A DNA stretch of 64,000 nucleotides from Candidatus Woesearchaeota archaeon (GTDB lineage Archaea; Nanobdellota; Nanobdellia; Woesearchaeales; WJIZ01): positions 3,264 through 67,263 of the forward strand of contig JAAOYF010000045.1 in assembly GCA_018221205.1 (NCBI GenBank). Reading direction: 5' to 3'. The notes below the pieces were generated by a model, which saw nothing but the letters and a program-made list of their open reading frames with translations, was not told where the DNA came from and made no database searches. Every line of letters starts with the position of its first letter. Within the stretch, counting starts at the first letter, position 1. Made by a program: the position numbers and the translations under genes. This document shows positions 8,882-17,488 of the stretch, piece by piece.

Positions 8882-10141
8882 ATGTTAATTTCTTTCAATG
8901 ATAAGATAGAACTGCTTGCGCATGCAAGCTTAGTACTTCCAGGAGTGAAGACAGATCTGAAGAAAAATACACTCAATCTTCTTGCGCAAGCTCTAGAGAG
9001 CCGGCAAGAGCAGATCATGAAGGCGAATGAAGAAGATGTGCAAGAGAAGAAAGGGAGGATTGATAAGAACAAATATCTGGAGATCATCAAAGGCATAAAG
9101 GAATTGGTCGAATTGGGTGAACCTACTGGCCAAACGCTGAAGACTGTGGAGCTGGATGAAGGATTCGAGCTCTACTGCATGAGCTGCCCCATAGGTATTA
9201 TCGGAGCGGTGCTGGATGAGAACCTTTTGGCCCTCCTGGAGATCATAGCATTATGCATCAAGTCAAGCAATGCGTTGATGGTGCACCTGCCAGAGAGCAA
9301 GACCGCTGAGAAGATCATGGAGCTTATCGGCAGTGTCTGTGGAGACTTGCCTGATGGCTGGCTTCAGATCATCAAGAAGAAGGAATTGAAGAAGATGTTC
9401 GATGCCCCTCTCGATCTGATGATCCCTATCGGCTCTCGGCAATTCGTAGATGATATCAGGCAGAGCACGAAGATTCCGATCATCGGCCATAAGGGAGGTG
9501 TGTGCCATATCTACGTCGATCAGGATGCCAACGTAGAGATGGCAGTCTCGATCTGTTATGATGCAAAATGCCAGAACCCACTTGCAAAAAATGCGATGGA
9601 AACGCTGCTGGTGCATACAGACATCGCTTCAGCATTCCTGAACAAGCTGAAAGAGACAATGGATGTTGCGCCGGTGAAATTTGTGGGGGATGATAATACT
9701 CTCAAGATATTAAGCATCGAGCATGCGAGAGAAAAAGATTGGGAGACTTCCTATCATGGATTGGCCCTTTCAATCAAGATAGTTACCAGCATTGATGAAG
9801 CGATTGACCATATCAACAGATTCGGCAGCAGCCATACTGATGCCATCGTAACGAGTTCTGACAGGAAAGCGAGGAAGTTCCTGGAGAAAGTCGACTCTGC
9901 TAATGTGTTCTGGAACTGCTCTACCCGTTTCTCTGACGGCTTCCGATATGGCATGGGTGCTGAAGTGACCACCTCGAGCTATAAGATCCACGCGCGCGGT
10001 CCTGTCGGACTGGAAGGATTAGTTACGTACAAATGGAAGCTCCTGGGCAAGGGAAATATCCTTGCAGATTATTCTGGAAAAGATCCGAAGAAAAAGTTCA
10101 ATCATAAATCAATGAGCAAGGATTTTCCCCTTAAAGAATAG
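8882..10141 (+). CDS. proA: Gamma-glutamyl phosphate reductase (glutamate-5-semialdehyde dehydrogenase).
   Basis: CSTRFSDGFRYGMGAEVTTSSYKIHARGPVGLEGLVTYKW is the ProA C-terminal signature. The N-terminal part is aldehyde-dehydrogenase-like. Confidence 0.85.
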   Translation: MLISFNDKIELLAHASLVLPGVKTDLKKNTLNLLAQALESRQEQIMKANEEDVQEKKGRIDKNKYLEIIKGIKELVELGEPTGQTLKTVELDEGFELYCMSCPIGIIGAVLDENLLALLEIIALCIKSSNALMVHLPESKTAEKIMELIGSVCGDLPDGWLQIIKKKELKKMFDAPLDLMIPIGSRQFVDDIRQSTKIPIIGHKGGVCHIYVDQDANVEMAVSICYDAKCQNPLAKNAMETLLVHTDIASAFLNKLKETMDVAPVKFVGDDNTLKILSIEHAREKDWETSYHGLALSIKIVTSIDEAIDHINRFGSSHTDAIVTSSDRKARKFLEKVDSANVFWNCSTRFSDGFRYGMGAEVTTSSYKIHARGPVGLEGLVTYKWKLLGKGNILADYSGKDPKKKFNHKSMSKDFPLKE

Positions 10142-10188
10142 CCGATAGATTTAAATATCAACTAGGACCAATCTTCATCAGAGATTCT

Positions 10189-12030
10189 ATGGCCAAAAAA
10201 AAGAAGGATAAAGTCGATGATGAATTAGCAAAGATGCCTATGCCGAAGCAGCCTGGCATGCCTGAGATGAGCAAGGAAGCTGAGGAGAAACTAAAATCTA
10301 TCAAGCAGAAGCTTGAGAAATTCAAGAACAAGGTCCTTGAGAAATTCGACAAATATATCATGGGCATCACCTTACTTCCTCCTCCTAAGCCGCGAGAGGG
10401 CGAGAAGATCAACAAGGATATGGTCTCTTTGCTCATTTTAGTCGATGATACTGACAGCAGAAAGATGACCAAATATGAATTGAGGTCGAAACTGCAGTCT
10501 ATCGTCGATAATCTCTCAAAAGAGATCGACAAGAATATTGTCCCTGATGTGGTTATCTTATCAGAACTGTGGCAGAACTGCTATGATGCAAAATATGATC
10601 TTCTTCAGCTGATCTCGATGGGTGCACCGATCCATGACACTGGCATGTTGGCAGCAATCAAGATTGCTGAGATCCATAAGACCATGGTGCTGAAGAAATT
10701 CGAGAAATATATCGTGAGCTATGTCTTAGCAGGCAGTCTGACACAAGGAAGGGCCACCAAGACGAGCGATATCGATGTATGGATTGTCATCGACGATACT
10801 GATGTCAAGAAGATGACCCGGGCCGAGTTAAAAGATAAATTGCGAGCCATCATCATCGGTATGGGCATCGAGGCCGGAGATATCACCGGCATCAAGAACA
10901 AATTGAATATCCAGGTGTATATCCTGACAGATTTCTGGGACAGCCTGAAAGAAGCAAACCCTATCATCTTTACCTTACTTAGGGATGGTGTTCCCTTCTA
11001 TGATCGCGGAATCTTTATGCCGTGGAAGCAATTATTGAAAATGGGAAAGATCAAGCCCTCTACAGAGGCTATCGACATGTTCATGAGCTCTGGAGAGCAG
11101 ATGCTGAAAAGGGTCGAATTCACGCTGAAGAACATCGGCATGGAAGATATCTACTATGCTATCCTGACGCCTTCACAGGCAGCTTTGATGCTCTATGGTA
11201 TACCTCCTCCAGCTCCACGGGAGACTGCTGAGCTGATGAAAGAGATATTTGTCAAGAAAGAGAAACTGCTCGAGGAGAAATTCGTGAATATCCTTGAGAG
11301 TAATATCAATATCCGGAAGGACATCGAGCACGGAGACAAGAAAGGCCTTACAGGAAAACAGGTCGATCAGCTGTTGAGTGACGCTGATAAATATCTCAAA
11401 AGAATCAAGCGTCTTTTTGGACAGATCGAGAAGATGAAAGAAGAGGAAGATATGGTCAAGATCTATGATAATGTCCTTACGATCATCAGAGATGTCATGC
11501 GGTTAGAAGGCATCGAGAAAGTCAGCGATGTTGAGATCGTGAATGTGTTCGAGAATGAGCTTATCTCTAAAGGCCTCATTCCAGCTAAATACCTTCGTAC
11601 GCTGAATGATATCATCAAAGCAAAGAAAGATTATGAGCAGAAGAAGCTGACGAAGCAGGAAGTGGAGATGGTGAAGAAAGAAAGCCGAAGCTTCATCAAA
11701 TATCTTGTTGAGCATATCCAGAGAAAGCGCGGAAGGGAGATGGAGCGAGCGAAGATACGTGTTAAATATGGTGATAAATTCGGAGAAGTGCTGCTGCTGG
11801 GCAAGAATGCGTTCATTGTGCATGATATTGATAAAGAGGAAAGAGAGATAACCAAAGGAAAAATAACTCCTGATGGGAAGATCGAGAATATTCAAAAGAG
11901 TTCACTTGAAGAGATGGAGAAGGCGATCGCCAAAGTTGAGATTCCAGAGAAAGTGTTCATCAAAGAGAGCATATTTGAGGACCTGAAGGGTTTATTCGGC
12001 AAAGATGTCAAGGTTATGGTGAATTTCTAA
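10189..12030 (+). CDS. Duplicated Pol-beta-type nucleotidyltransferase (MNT) protein with helical HEPN/KNTase-like domains, 613 aa.
   Basis: The second repeat has the intact motif GSLTQGRATKTSDIDVWIVIDDTD (GS-x-DxD). The first repeat (VSLLILVDDTDSRKMT) has lost the GS. Each repeat is followed by an alpha-helical domain. Confidence 0.6.
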   Translation: MAKKKKDKVDDELAKMPMPKQPGMPEMSKEAEEKLKSIKQKLEKFKNKVLEKFDKYIMGITLLPPPKPREGEKINKDMVSLLILVDDTDSRKMTKYELRSKLQSIVDNLSKEIDKNIVPDVVILSELWQNCYDAKYDLLQLISMGAPIHDTGMLAAIKIAEIHKTMVLKKFEKYIVSYVLAGSLTQGRATKTSDIDVWIVIDDTDVKKMTRAELKDKLRAIIIGMGIEAGDITGIKNKLNIQVYILTDFWDSLKEANPIIFTLLRDGVPFYDRGIFMPWKQLLKMGKIKPSTEAIDMFMSSGEQMLKRVEFTLKNIGMEDIYYAILTPSQAALMLYGIPPPAPRETAELMKEIFVKKEKLLEEKFVNILESNINIRKDIEHGDKKGLTGKQVDQLLSDADKYLKRIKRLFGQIEKMKEEEDMVKIYDNVLTIIRDVMRLEGIEKVSDVEIVNVFENELISKGLIPAKYLRTLNDIIKAKKDYEQKKLTKQEVEMVKKESRSFIKYLVEHIQRKRGREMERAKIRVKYGDKFGEVLLLGKNAFIVHDIDKEEREITKGKITPDGKIENIQKSSLEEMEKAIAKVEIPEKVFIKESIFEDLKGLFGKDVKVMVNF

Positions 12031-12042
12031 TAGGGTTTTTTG

Positions 12043-12054
12043 TATACTAGTATA
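12043..12054. promoter_or_regulatory. A 12-bp perfect palindrome TATACTAGTATA followed by the TATA box TTTTATATATAAA, upstream of the paralog operon.
   Basis: Read directly from the sequence. The palindrome lies about 45 nt and the TATA box about 20 nt before the ATG at 12098. Confidence 0.45.
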
Positions 12055-12097
12055 AAAAAACATAAACTTTTTATATATAAAGAGCTTTTGAGCCGTT

Positions 12098-12673
12098 ATG
12101 GCTAAATATAAGAATATTCAAACACAAGGTAAGCCAGTTCCAGGTGATCTGAAGATCCGTTTCAAAGGCACATGGGATATGCAGGATCTGTATGAAAGTG
12201 TTGCTCATTGGTTAAGGGATAGGAAATGGAAGTTCCATGAGAAGGAGATTGAACAGGAACCTCCTACTCCTTACGGCCAAGAAAAGAAGTATACGTGGTA
12301 TGCTGAGAGGGATATGGATGAATGGGTCAGATTGAAGCTGAATATCTTTATCCATACTTATGATCTGCAGGATATTGTGGTTGTGGGTAATGACGGTGGC
12401 CAGAAAACAGTCCAGAAAGGAAAGATGTGGATCTACATGAAGATCAATGATACCTGGGACTATGAAGAGAATTGGGATAAAAAAAGATTCTTCGGCCAGC
12501 TGAAAGATTTTTACATCAAGTATATCGTGAAAAAAAGAAGGATGCAAGGTTGGTCTCCTCGGACAAGGACTGAACTTGTACAGCTCTATCATTTCATCCA
12601 GAACAAACTGAAGACAGAATCAAGGCAATTTGAGCACAAGCACATCGCTGGTGTGCATAGGAGAGGGCCATGA
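12098..12673 (+). CDS. Paralog A of a four-member family of unknown function. About 190 aa, rich in W, Y, F and H.
   Basis: Shares RFKGTWDMQDLYE, W..RK.KFHEK and IHTYDLQDI blocks with paralog B. The A stop overlaps the B start (ATGA). Confidence 0.6.
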   Translation: MAKYKNIQTQGKPVPGDLKIRFKGTWDMQDLYESVAHWLRDRKWKFHEKEIEQEPPTPYGQEKKYTWYAERDMDEWVRLKLNIFIHTYDLQDIVVVGNDGGQKTVQKGKMWIYMKINDTWDYEENWDKKRFFGQLKDFYIKYIVKKRRMQGWSPRTRTELVQLYHFIQNKLKTESRQFEHKHIAGVHRRGP

Positions 12674-13290
12674 TGGGGAATATGGAGAAGAAGCTCCGGG
12701 AAAAACTCAGGAAAAAGATCAAATGGCAGTATGAACAATATAAGAGTGTAGGAAAGATCCCTCACCCCTTGTCCCATATCAGATTCAAAGGAGTGTGGGA
12801 CATGCAGGATCTGTATGAATTTGTCGCCAATTTCTTACGGGAGAGAAAATATAAGTTCCATGAGAAGATTTACAAGCACAAACACCCTTCGCCCTATGGT
12901 GTTGAGCAGCAATTAGTGTGGGAAGCCAACCAAGTTGTGGATGATGTCTATACCTATGTCATCAATTTTTATGTGCATACCTATGATGCCCAGGACATCC
13001 AAGTAAAGATGAAGGATGGCTCTGTGAGGACATTCACCAAAGGAAGGGTCTGGATCGAGATAACGAGCCATATCGACATGTATGAGCATATAGGCTTCGG
13101 GAAGAATGCGTTCCTCGCCTATCTGAAGATCGTCATGCAAAGCTATTTATTGAGAAAGAGGCATGGATGGATCGAATGGGATGTCATGATGTATCGAGAA
13201 GTGCAGAAGCTGATCTGGCTGATGAGAAGACGATTAAAGATGGAATATGATGAGTACGAACAGAAAGACTGGATGGGAGTGCATACCTGA
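12670..13290 (+). CDS. Paralog B of the same family.
   Basis: RFKGVWDMQDLYEFVANFLRERKYKFHEK...VHTYDAQDI. Its stop overlaps the start of C (TGATG). Confidence 0.6.
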   Translation: MMGNMEKKLREKLRKKIKWQYEQYKSVGKIPHPLSHIRFKGVWDMQDLYEFVANFLRERKYKFHEKIYKHKHPSPYGVEQQLVWEANQVVDDVYTYVINFYVHTYDAQDIQVKMKDGSVRTFTKGRVWIEITSHIDMYEHIGFGKNAFLAYLKIVMQSYLLRKRHGWIEWDVMMYREVQKLIWLMRRRLKMEYDEYEQKDWMGVHT

Positions 13291-13826
13291 TGGGTGAAGT
13301 CAATCAGGTTGTGGACCATCTGAAGCTCGAGTATAAGGGCATCTTCAATATCAAAGAGCTCTTCGGTATGTTCGGCAGATGGTATAAAGAAAGTCCGTAC
13401 GAAAAAGGAGGAGACTATATCTCTGAACAACGGACACACCATGGGAAATGCATCGAATATGTCTACTGGCCGTGGAAGAAACAGACTGACTATATCAGGC
13501 ATTACATGAAACTGAGGATATTGATCTATGATGCGAAAAAAGTGGATGTCATGGTCGATGGAAAGAAGCAACGGCTGGACCATGCCAGGTTTTTATTGTA
13601 CCTTGATGGGTTTGTCGAAAACGACTATGAGAGCAGGTGGAGAGATACTCCGTTGTTCATGTTCATCCGGACTCTGGCCTCAAAGTTTTTTTACAAGCGC
13701 TATGCAAAGTTCATGGAGAGGATGGTCATCGATGACTGCCATCACCTCTATGAGAAATTCGAACGGTTCTTCAACATGTACCGAAGCTTCAGACCAGTGA
13801 AGAAACAACCACACTTTTACTACTAA
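13290..13826 (+). CDS. Paralog C, a second subfamily of the same fold.
   Basis: LKLEYKGIFNIKELFGMFGRWYKE...LLYLDGFVENDYESRW...FMFIRTL aligns with paralog D and more distantly with A and B. Confidence 0.6.
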   Translation: MGEVNQVVDHLKLEYKGIFNIKELFGMFGRWYKESPYEKGGDYISEQRTHHGKCIEYVYWPWKKQTDYIRHYMKLRILIYDAKKVDVMVDGKKQRLDHARFLLYLDGFVENDYESRWRDTPLFMFIRTLASKFFYKRYAKFMERMVIDDCHHLYEKFERFFNMYRSFRPVKKQPHFYY

Positions 13827-13827
13827 A

Positions 13828-14325
13828 ATGGCAGAGAAAAAACTCGTTGTTGATGGGTTGCAGCTTACCTATACTGGAATGTTCGACATAGAAGAATTCT
13901 TCATGGAAGTGGACAGATGGATGGAAGGCCACCATATGGAACGGGAGATCAAGAAAAAACTGGAGCATGTCGAACAGCACGGCAAGAAGATGGAGTATAT
14001 CTTTGAATTGTGGGAGCAGCATGATTATTCTCGTGTTGTTGTCAGGATGAAGGCATTGTTCAGAGATGTGGTCGAATTTGATCTGAAGAGGAATGATGTT
14101 ACAAGACACATGCAGAAGGGGCATTGTCTTATTGTGATTGATGGGTTTGTCGAAGAGGATCTGGAGCATCGTTGGGTACAGAAGCCTGGTTTTGTCTTTA
14201 TCCGTACGTTATATGACAAACTGATCTGGAAATACTGGAGCAGTGCACATGATTCGCACTGCATCAAATTATCGAATGGACTCTATAATGAGTTATTGAA
14301 TTACTTTAAGAAGTATAAGTACTAA
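13828..14325 (+). CDS. Paralog D of the same family.
   Basis: LQLTYTGMFDIEEFFMEVDRWMEG...LIVIDGFVEEDLEHRW...FVFIRTL. It begins 1 nt after the C stop. Confidence 0.6.
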   Translation: MAEKKLVVDGLQLTYTGMFDIEEFFMEVDRWMEGHHMEREIKKKLEHVEQHGKKMEYIFELWEQHDYSRVVVRMKALFRDVVEFDLKRNDVTRHMQKGHCLIVIDGFVEEDLEHRWVQKPGFVFIRTLYDKLIWKYWSSAHDSHCIKLSNGLYNELLNYFKKYKY

Positions 14326-14326
14326 G

Positions 14327-14770
14327 ATGAAACAATACCTTGCACTTGTGGTTTTGATTTTGGTAGCTTGCACACCTCAAGCATTGTGCAATGCCCCTTA
14401 TTTTGAGTATAAGACTGGAGAATGCTGTCTGGACCAAGATGGAAATAATATCTGCGACAGTGATGAAAATGTAGTGGAGAAAGTCATTGAGGTGAAGCAA
14501 GAGGAGATACTCTATGATATCGATGTGGCGCGAAATAATGCTCTGGATGCGGCCAAAGAGTATGTCCGGTCCAACCGTATAGGCATCAGTCCTTCATTCA
14601 CCTTCCTTGAGGAAGAGATTAAAGAAGAGACATATACTGGAGTCTATCATATCAAGTATCTGGAGAATCTCAATGATTTCAATACTGGATATGTGAAAAC
14701 AAACTATGACCTTGTAGATGAAAAAGTCATTTCTGTAATTTTTGCACATGAATTGAGCGGGCTTGAGTAG
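14327..14770 (+). CDS. Small lipoprotein, co-operonic with the paralog cluster.
   Basis: Signal plus lipobox MKQYLALVVLILVAC. A Cys-rich N-terminal stretch CCLDQDGNNIC. Its start codon lies 1 nt after the D stop. Confidence 0.55.
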   Translation: MKQYLALVVLILVACTPQALCNAPYFEYKTGECCLDQDGNNICDSDENVVEKVIEVKQEEILYDIDVARNNALDAAKEYVRSNRIGISPSFTFLEEEIKEETYTGVYHIKYLENLNDFNTGYVKTNYDLVDEKVISVIFAHELSGLE

Positions 14771-14815
14771 GAAATCGTGACATTTATAAATCAAGTTGGA
14801 CTTTTTCTCAATTGC

Positions 14816-14929
14816 GAGAGGGTAGCGAAGTCTGGTTAAACGCGCAGGACTTAAGAGGAACACCTAGTGTTGTACATTAGGAGATCCTGTCCCTTAGTGG
14901 GTCCGAGGGTTCAAATCCCTTCCCTCTCA
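14816..14929 (+). tRNA. tRNA-Leu with anticodon TAA and an intron of about 28 nt at the canonical position.
   Basis: Acceptor GAGAGGG/CCCTCTC. Anticodon stem CAGGA/TCCTG, loop CTTAAG|intron|A. Long variable arm. T-arm GAGGGTTCAAATCCCTT. A T-tract follows the 3' end. Confidence 0.75.
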
Positions 14930-14979
14930 TTCCTTTTTTAACATATAGCCTTATATATCCATATGAGTTCCAGAATATT

Positions 14980-15336
14980 ATGGCATCATTTGAACGTTCA
15001 AGAGAGAGAAAAGGTCGGAAAAAAGATTTTAGAGGTAATCCTTCACGAGGGGGTCCTAGAGGTCGAACAAGCAGTAGAGATAATTTTAGGGGCAAGCGTG
15101 ATTCTGACAAAGATTTCAAAAGGTCTGGTAGGCGTGAGTTGGAATTTACTAAAGTGATGTGCGCATCTTGTGGAGGTAAGTGTGAGGTGCCGTTCAAGCC
15201 GACAGGAAACAAACCTGTTTATTGCAGCGATTGTTTTAAGAAAGAGGATAAGCGAAGTTCCAGTAAGCCTTCTAACAAAGATTTTGATGTGATCAATGAA
15301 AAGCTTGACAAGATCATGGAAGCGTTAGGTCTTTAA
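14980..15336 (+). CDS. Arg/Lys-rich protein with a C-terminal CxxC...CxxC zinc ribbon.
   Basis: The N-terminus is a basic RG-rich low-complexity stretch. CASCGGKCEV...YCSDCFKK forms a four-Cys ribbon. Confidence 0.5.
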   Translation: MASFERSRERKGRKKDFRGNPSRGGPRGRTSSRDNFRGKRDSDKDFKRSGRRELEFTKVMCASCGGKCEVPFKPTGNKPVYCSDCFKKEDKRSSSKPSNKDFDVINEKLDKIMEALGL

Positions 15337-15406
15337 TAAGAATCCAGTCAAGATGTGATCTAAAATTAATAACTTTTATAAATCGTCTAAAAACTAGATT
15401 TCTCGT

Positions 15407-15519
15407 GCTCCCGTAGCTCAGCTGGTAGAGCGTTACCTTGGTAACTTCGAGCGAAGCAAGAAGGCTTGGAACGAAGTTCAAAGAGGTAAAGGTCCCGAGT
15501 TCAAATCTCGGCGGGGGCT
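15407..15519 (+). tRNA. tRNA-Thr with anticodon GGT and an intron of about 40 nt.
   Basis: Acceptor GCTCCCG/CGGGGGC. D-arm GCTCAGCTGGTAGAGC. Anticodon stem TTACC/GGTAA, loop TTGGTA|intron|A. T-arm CCGAGTTCAAATCTCGG. Confidence 0.75.
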
Positions 15520-15568
15520 TGTTCATTGGACACAGTCCTTTATAAACTAAAAAGCGTTCTTCTCGAAT

Positions 15569-16693
15569 ATGGCGTTGGAAGATAGTATCTATGATATTGA
15601 TTATTATATTGGTGTTTGTAGTGATGCAAACACTCTGGCCTTGGCTAGGTTATCGGAAACTAGCAGCGCCATACTTAATATCCTTTCTACAAGAAGATAT
15701 CCAAGATCTTCACATCTCCTTGATCACTATGCTCAGCTTTTATCAGCTCTAGAACATTTTGAAGAGGTATTTGCGGCAAGATCTAAAATGGGTGATGAAT
15801 TGCTCGCTACCTTAAAATCAAAGAGAGAGGGAATCACTTCCTTACTTAGACCTTCTCTTGAAACCCTCCATCACTTGTTCAATGGGGACCATCTTGAGGA
15901 CTGTCTCTACATGGATACGCTTCCAGAACCGATAAAAAGTGCGAAGGATACTGCTTTTTTCTATCTAGCTGGAAGAGATGATCTAACTGTGACTGAAGAG
16001 GGTATTGTGACAGTGGAAGAATGGATAAGGGTAGTTCATCGGTATACTGTATGGAATCTCGCTGTTCTTCATAGTGAAGAAGCAGAGTTTGGAGGAAAAC
16101 CCGCAACATACGTATTTGAGGACACTGGGATACCTTTCTGTGGGGTGGATGCTGATGCCTTTTTCTCCTCTTATTTACCTGAAATCAATCGAGCTATTGC
16201 TGACTTTGAGATAGCTCGTGGTGAAATCAAATTTGAAGATGTAATATTCACTAATCTCGGTTTTTCAGCATTCAAAAGAATAAAACATCATAATGCGCAA
16301 ATCCGTGTCATTTTAGACGGTGATCACTACCATATCCGATTCACTATGGGGGAGGCAGGTTATGGTACTAGTAGAGTTGAATATTGTAGTGAGCTCTTCA
16401 AACCAACGGAATTCACCCATAGAAGTGTCTACCATAATGTTCATAGCGCAACAGCAAGGACAGATGGAAGTACATTGCATCATGATATAACTTTTTTGCT
16501 TTGTGTAGCAGAAAACTTGACTGATGTGGATATTGGCTCAGGTCCTTGTCGACCAGAAGACTTCTATAGGAAATTCAGAATGATTTATGACGGTAAGACA
16601 CAACCAGAAGAACCAGGAAGACCGTTTAAAGTAGGCCATTTGGAAAACGGAGAACGTGTTTGTCATATCGGCTACACACTGTTTTCCTTTTGA
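15569..16693 (+). CDS. Hypothetical protein, 374 aa, lysine-poor and rich in His, Asp and Glu.
   Basis: Long ORF immediately 3' of tRNA-Thr. Its composition differs from the neighbouring K-rich genes. No recognisable motifs. Confidence 0.5.
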   Translation: MALEDSIYDIDYYIGVCSDANTLALARLSETSSAILNILSTRRYPRSSHLLDHYAQLLSALEHFEEVFAARSKMGDELLATLKSKREGITSLLRPSLETLHHLFNGDHLEDCLYMDTLPEPIKSAKDTAFFYLAGRDDLTVTEEGIVTVEEWIRVVHRYTVWNLAVLHSEEAEFGGKPATYVFEDTGIPFCGVDADAFFSSYLPEINRAIADFEIARGEIKFEDVIFTNLGFSAFKRIKHHNAQIRVILDGDHYHIRFTMGEAGYGTSRVEYCSELFKPTEFTHRSVYHNVHSATARTDGSTLHHDITFLLCVAENLTDVDIGSGPCRPEDFYRKFRMIYDGKTQPEEPGRPFKVGHLENGERVCHIGYTLFSF

Positions 16694-16773
16694 ATCTTTG
16701 ACTCGATCTTGGTAGGTGCTTCTTCAGTTTCATATGGCTTCTCCTCAGGCATCGCCAAATTAGATCTTTTTTC

Positions 16774-17043
16774 TTGCACAATCCTTATATATTGTACTCT
16801 TTTTCAAATATCATGCGCATCCCCAAAAAATATGGCTTTTCCAGGAAAATAAACTGTCCGTTCTGCCAGAAGCCATCATTGACTGAGAATCAGCAAGGGG
16901 TACCTGTATGCATCCAGCATAAAAATAAGGTTCTTGAGATTAAATGTCTCTGTGGAGATTGGCTTGATATCAGGAAAGGTAAATTTGGTGGCTATGGTAA
17001 ATGTATGAAATGTGGAAATGTCAATCTGAGCAAAGTTCTTTAA
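16774..17043 (+). CDS. Small zinc-ribbon protein with two CxxC pairs.
   Basis: CPFCQK...CIQH...CLCGDW...CMKCGN. Confidence 0.45.
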   Translation: MHNPYILYSFSNIMRIPKKYGFSRKINCPFCQKPSLTENQQGVPVCIQHKNKVLEIKCLCGDWLDIRKGKFGGYGKCMKCGNVNLSKVL

Positions 17044-17050
17044 GAAACAA

Positions 17051-17488
17051 TTATCCTGCCTGCTTGACTTTCTCGATAAAATCATCCAGTTCTTCTTTCA
17101 GAAAGAGGTTCTTCTTGGTATAGAACAGGTCTGCGATCAGTTTGGTGTTTATTATGAGAGAGAGCATCTCAGCAAAGGCATGCCTTATAGCGCGTGATTT
17201 TCCGACTAAGATGAATGCTGATTTGGTGATGATGTTGGTATTCAGATAGGTCCTCACTGCTGGCGGAATGGCATTGAAATGAGCCGGAGTCACGATGACA
17301 GTCATGTCATAATTCTCTGGTTTGTTATTGTGTGTTATCAATGTCGGTTTCTTGAGAAGGCTCATGAGAAAATATTTGAAGCCTTTATAGTCGTTGGCAT
17401 CTATCACTTCATCGAGATCAGCATCCAGCCTCTTTGCGACATAGTCTGCTATCTTTTCCTGACCGAAATGAACAACAAGTATTCTCAT
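17051..17488 (-). CDS. Flavodoxin-like-fold protein (putative).
   Basis: The start MRILVVHFG is chosen so the gene abuts the purB stop. Alternating beta/alpha pattern. Family not secure. Confidence 0.35.
   Translation of the reverse strand: MRILVVHFGQEKIADYVAKRLDADLDEVIDANDYKGFKYFLMSLLKKPTLITHNNKPENYDMTVIVTPAHFNAIPPAVRTYLNTNIITKSAFILVGKSRAIRHAFAEMLSLIINTKLIADLFYTKKNLFLKEELDDFIEKVKQAG

Noticed and set aside
15314-15526. A 70-aa minus-strand ORF.
   Set aside because: It overlaps tRNA-Thr and its intron and is an artefact of the tRNA sequence.
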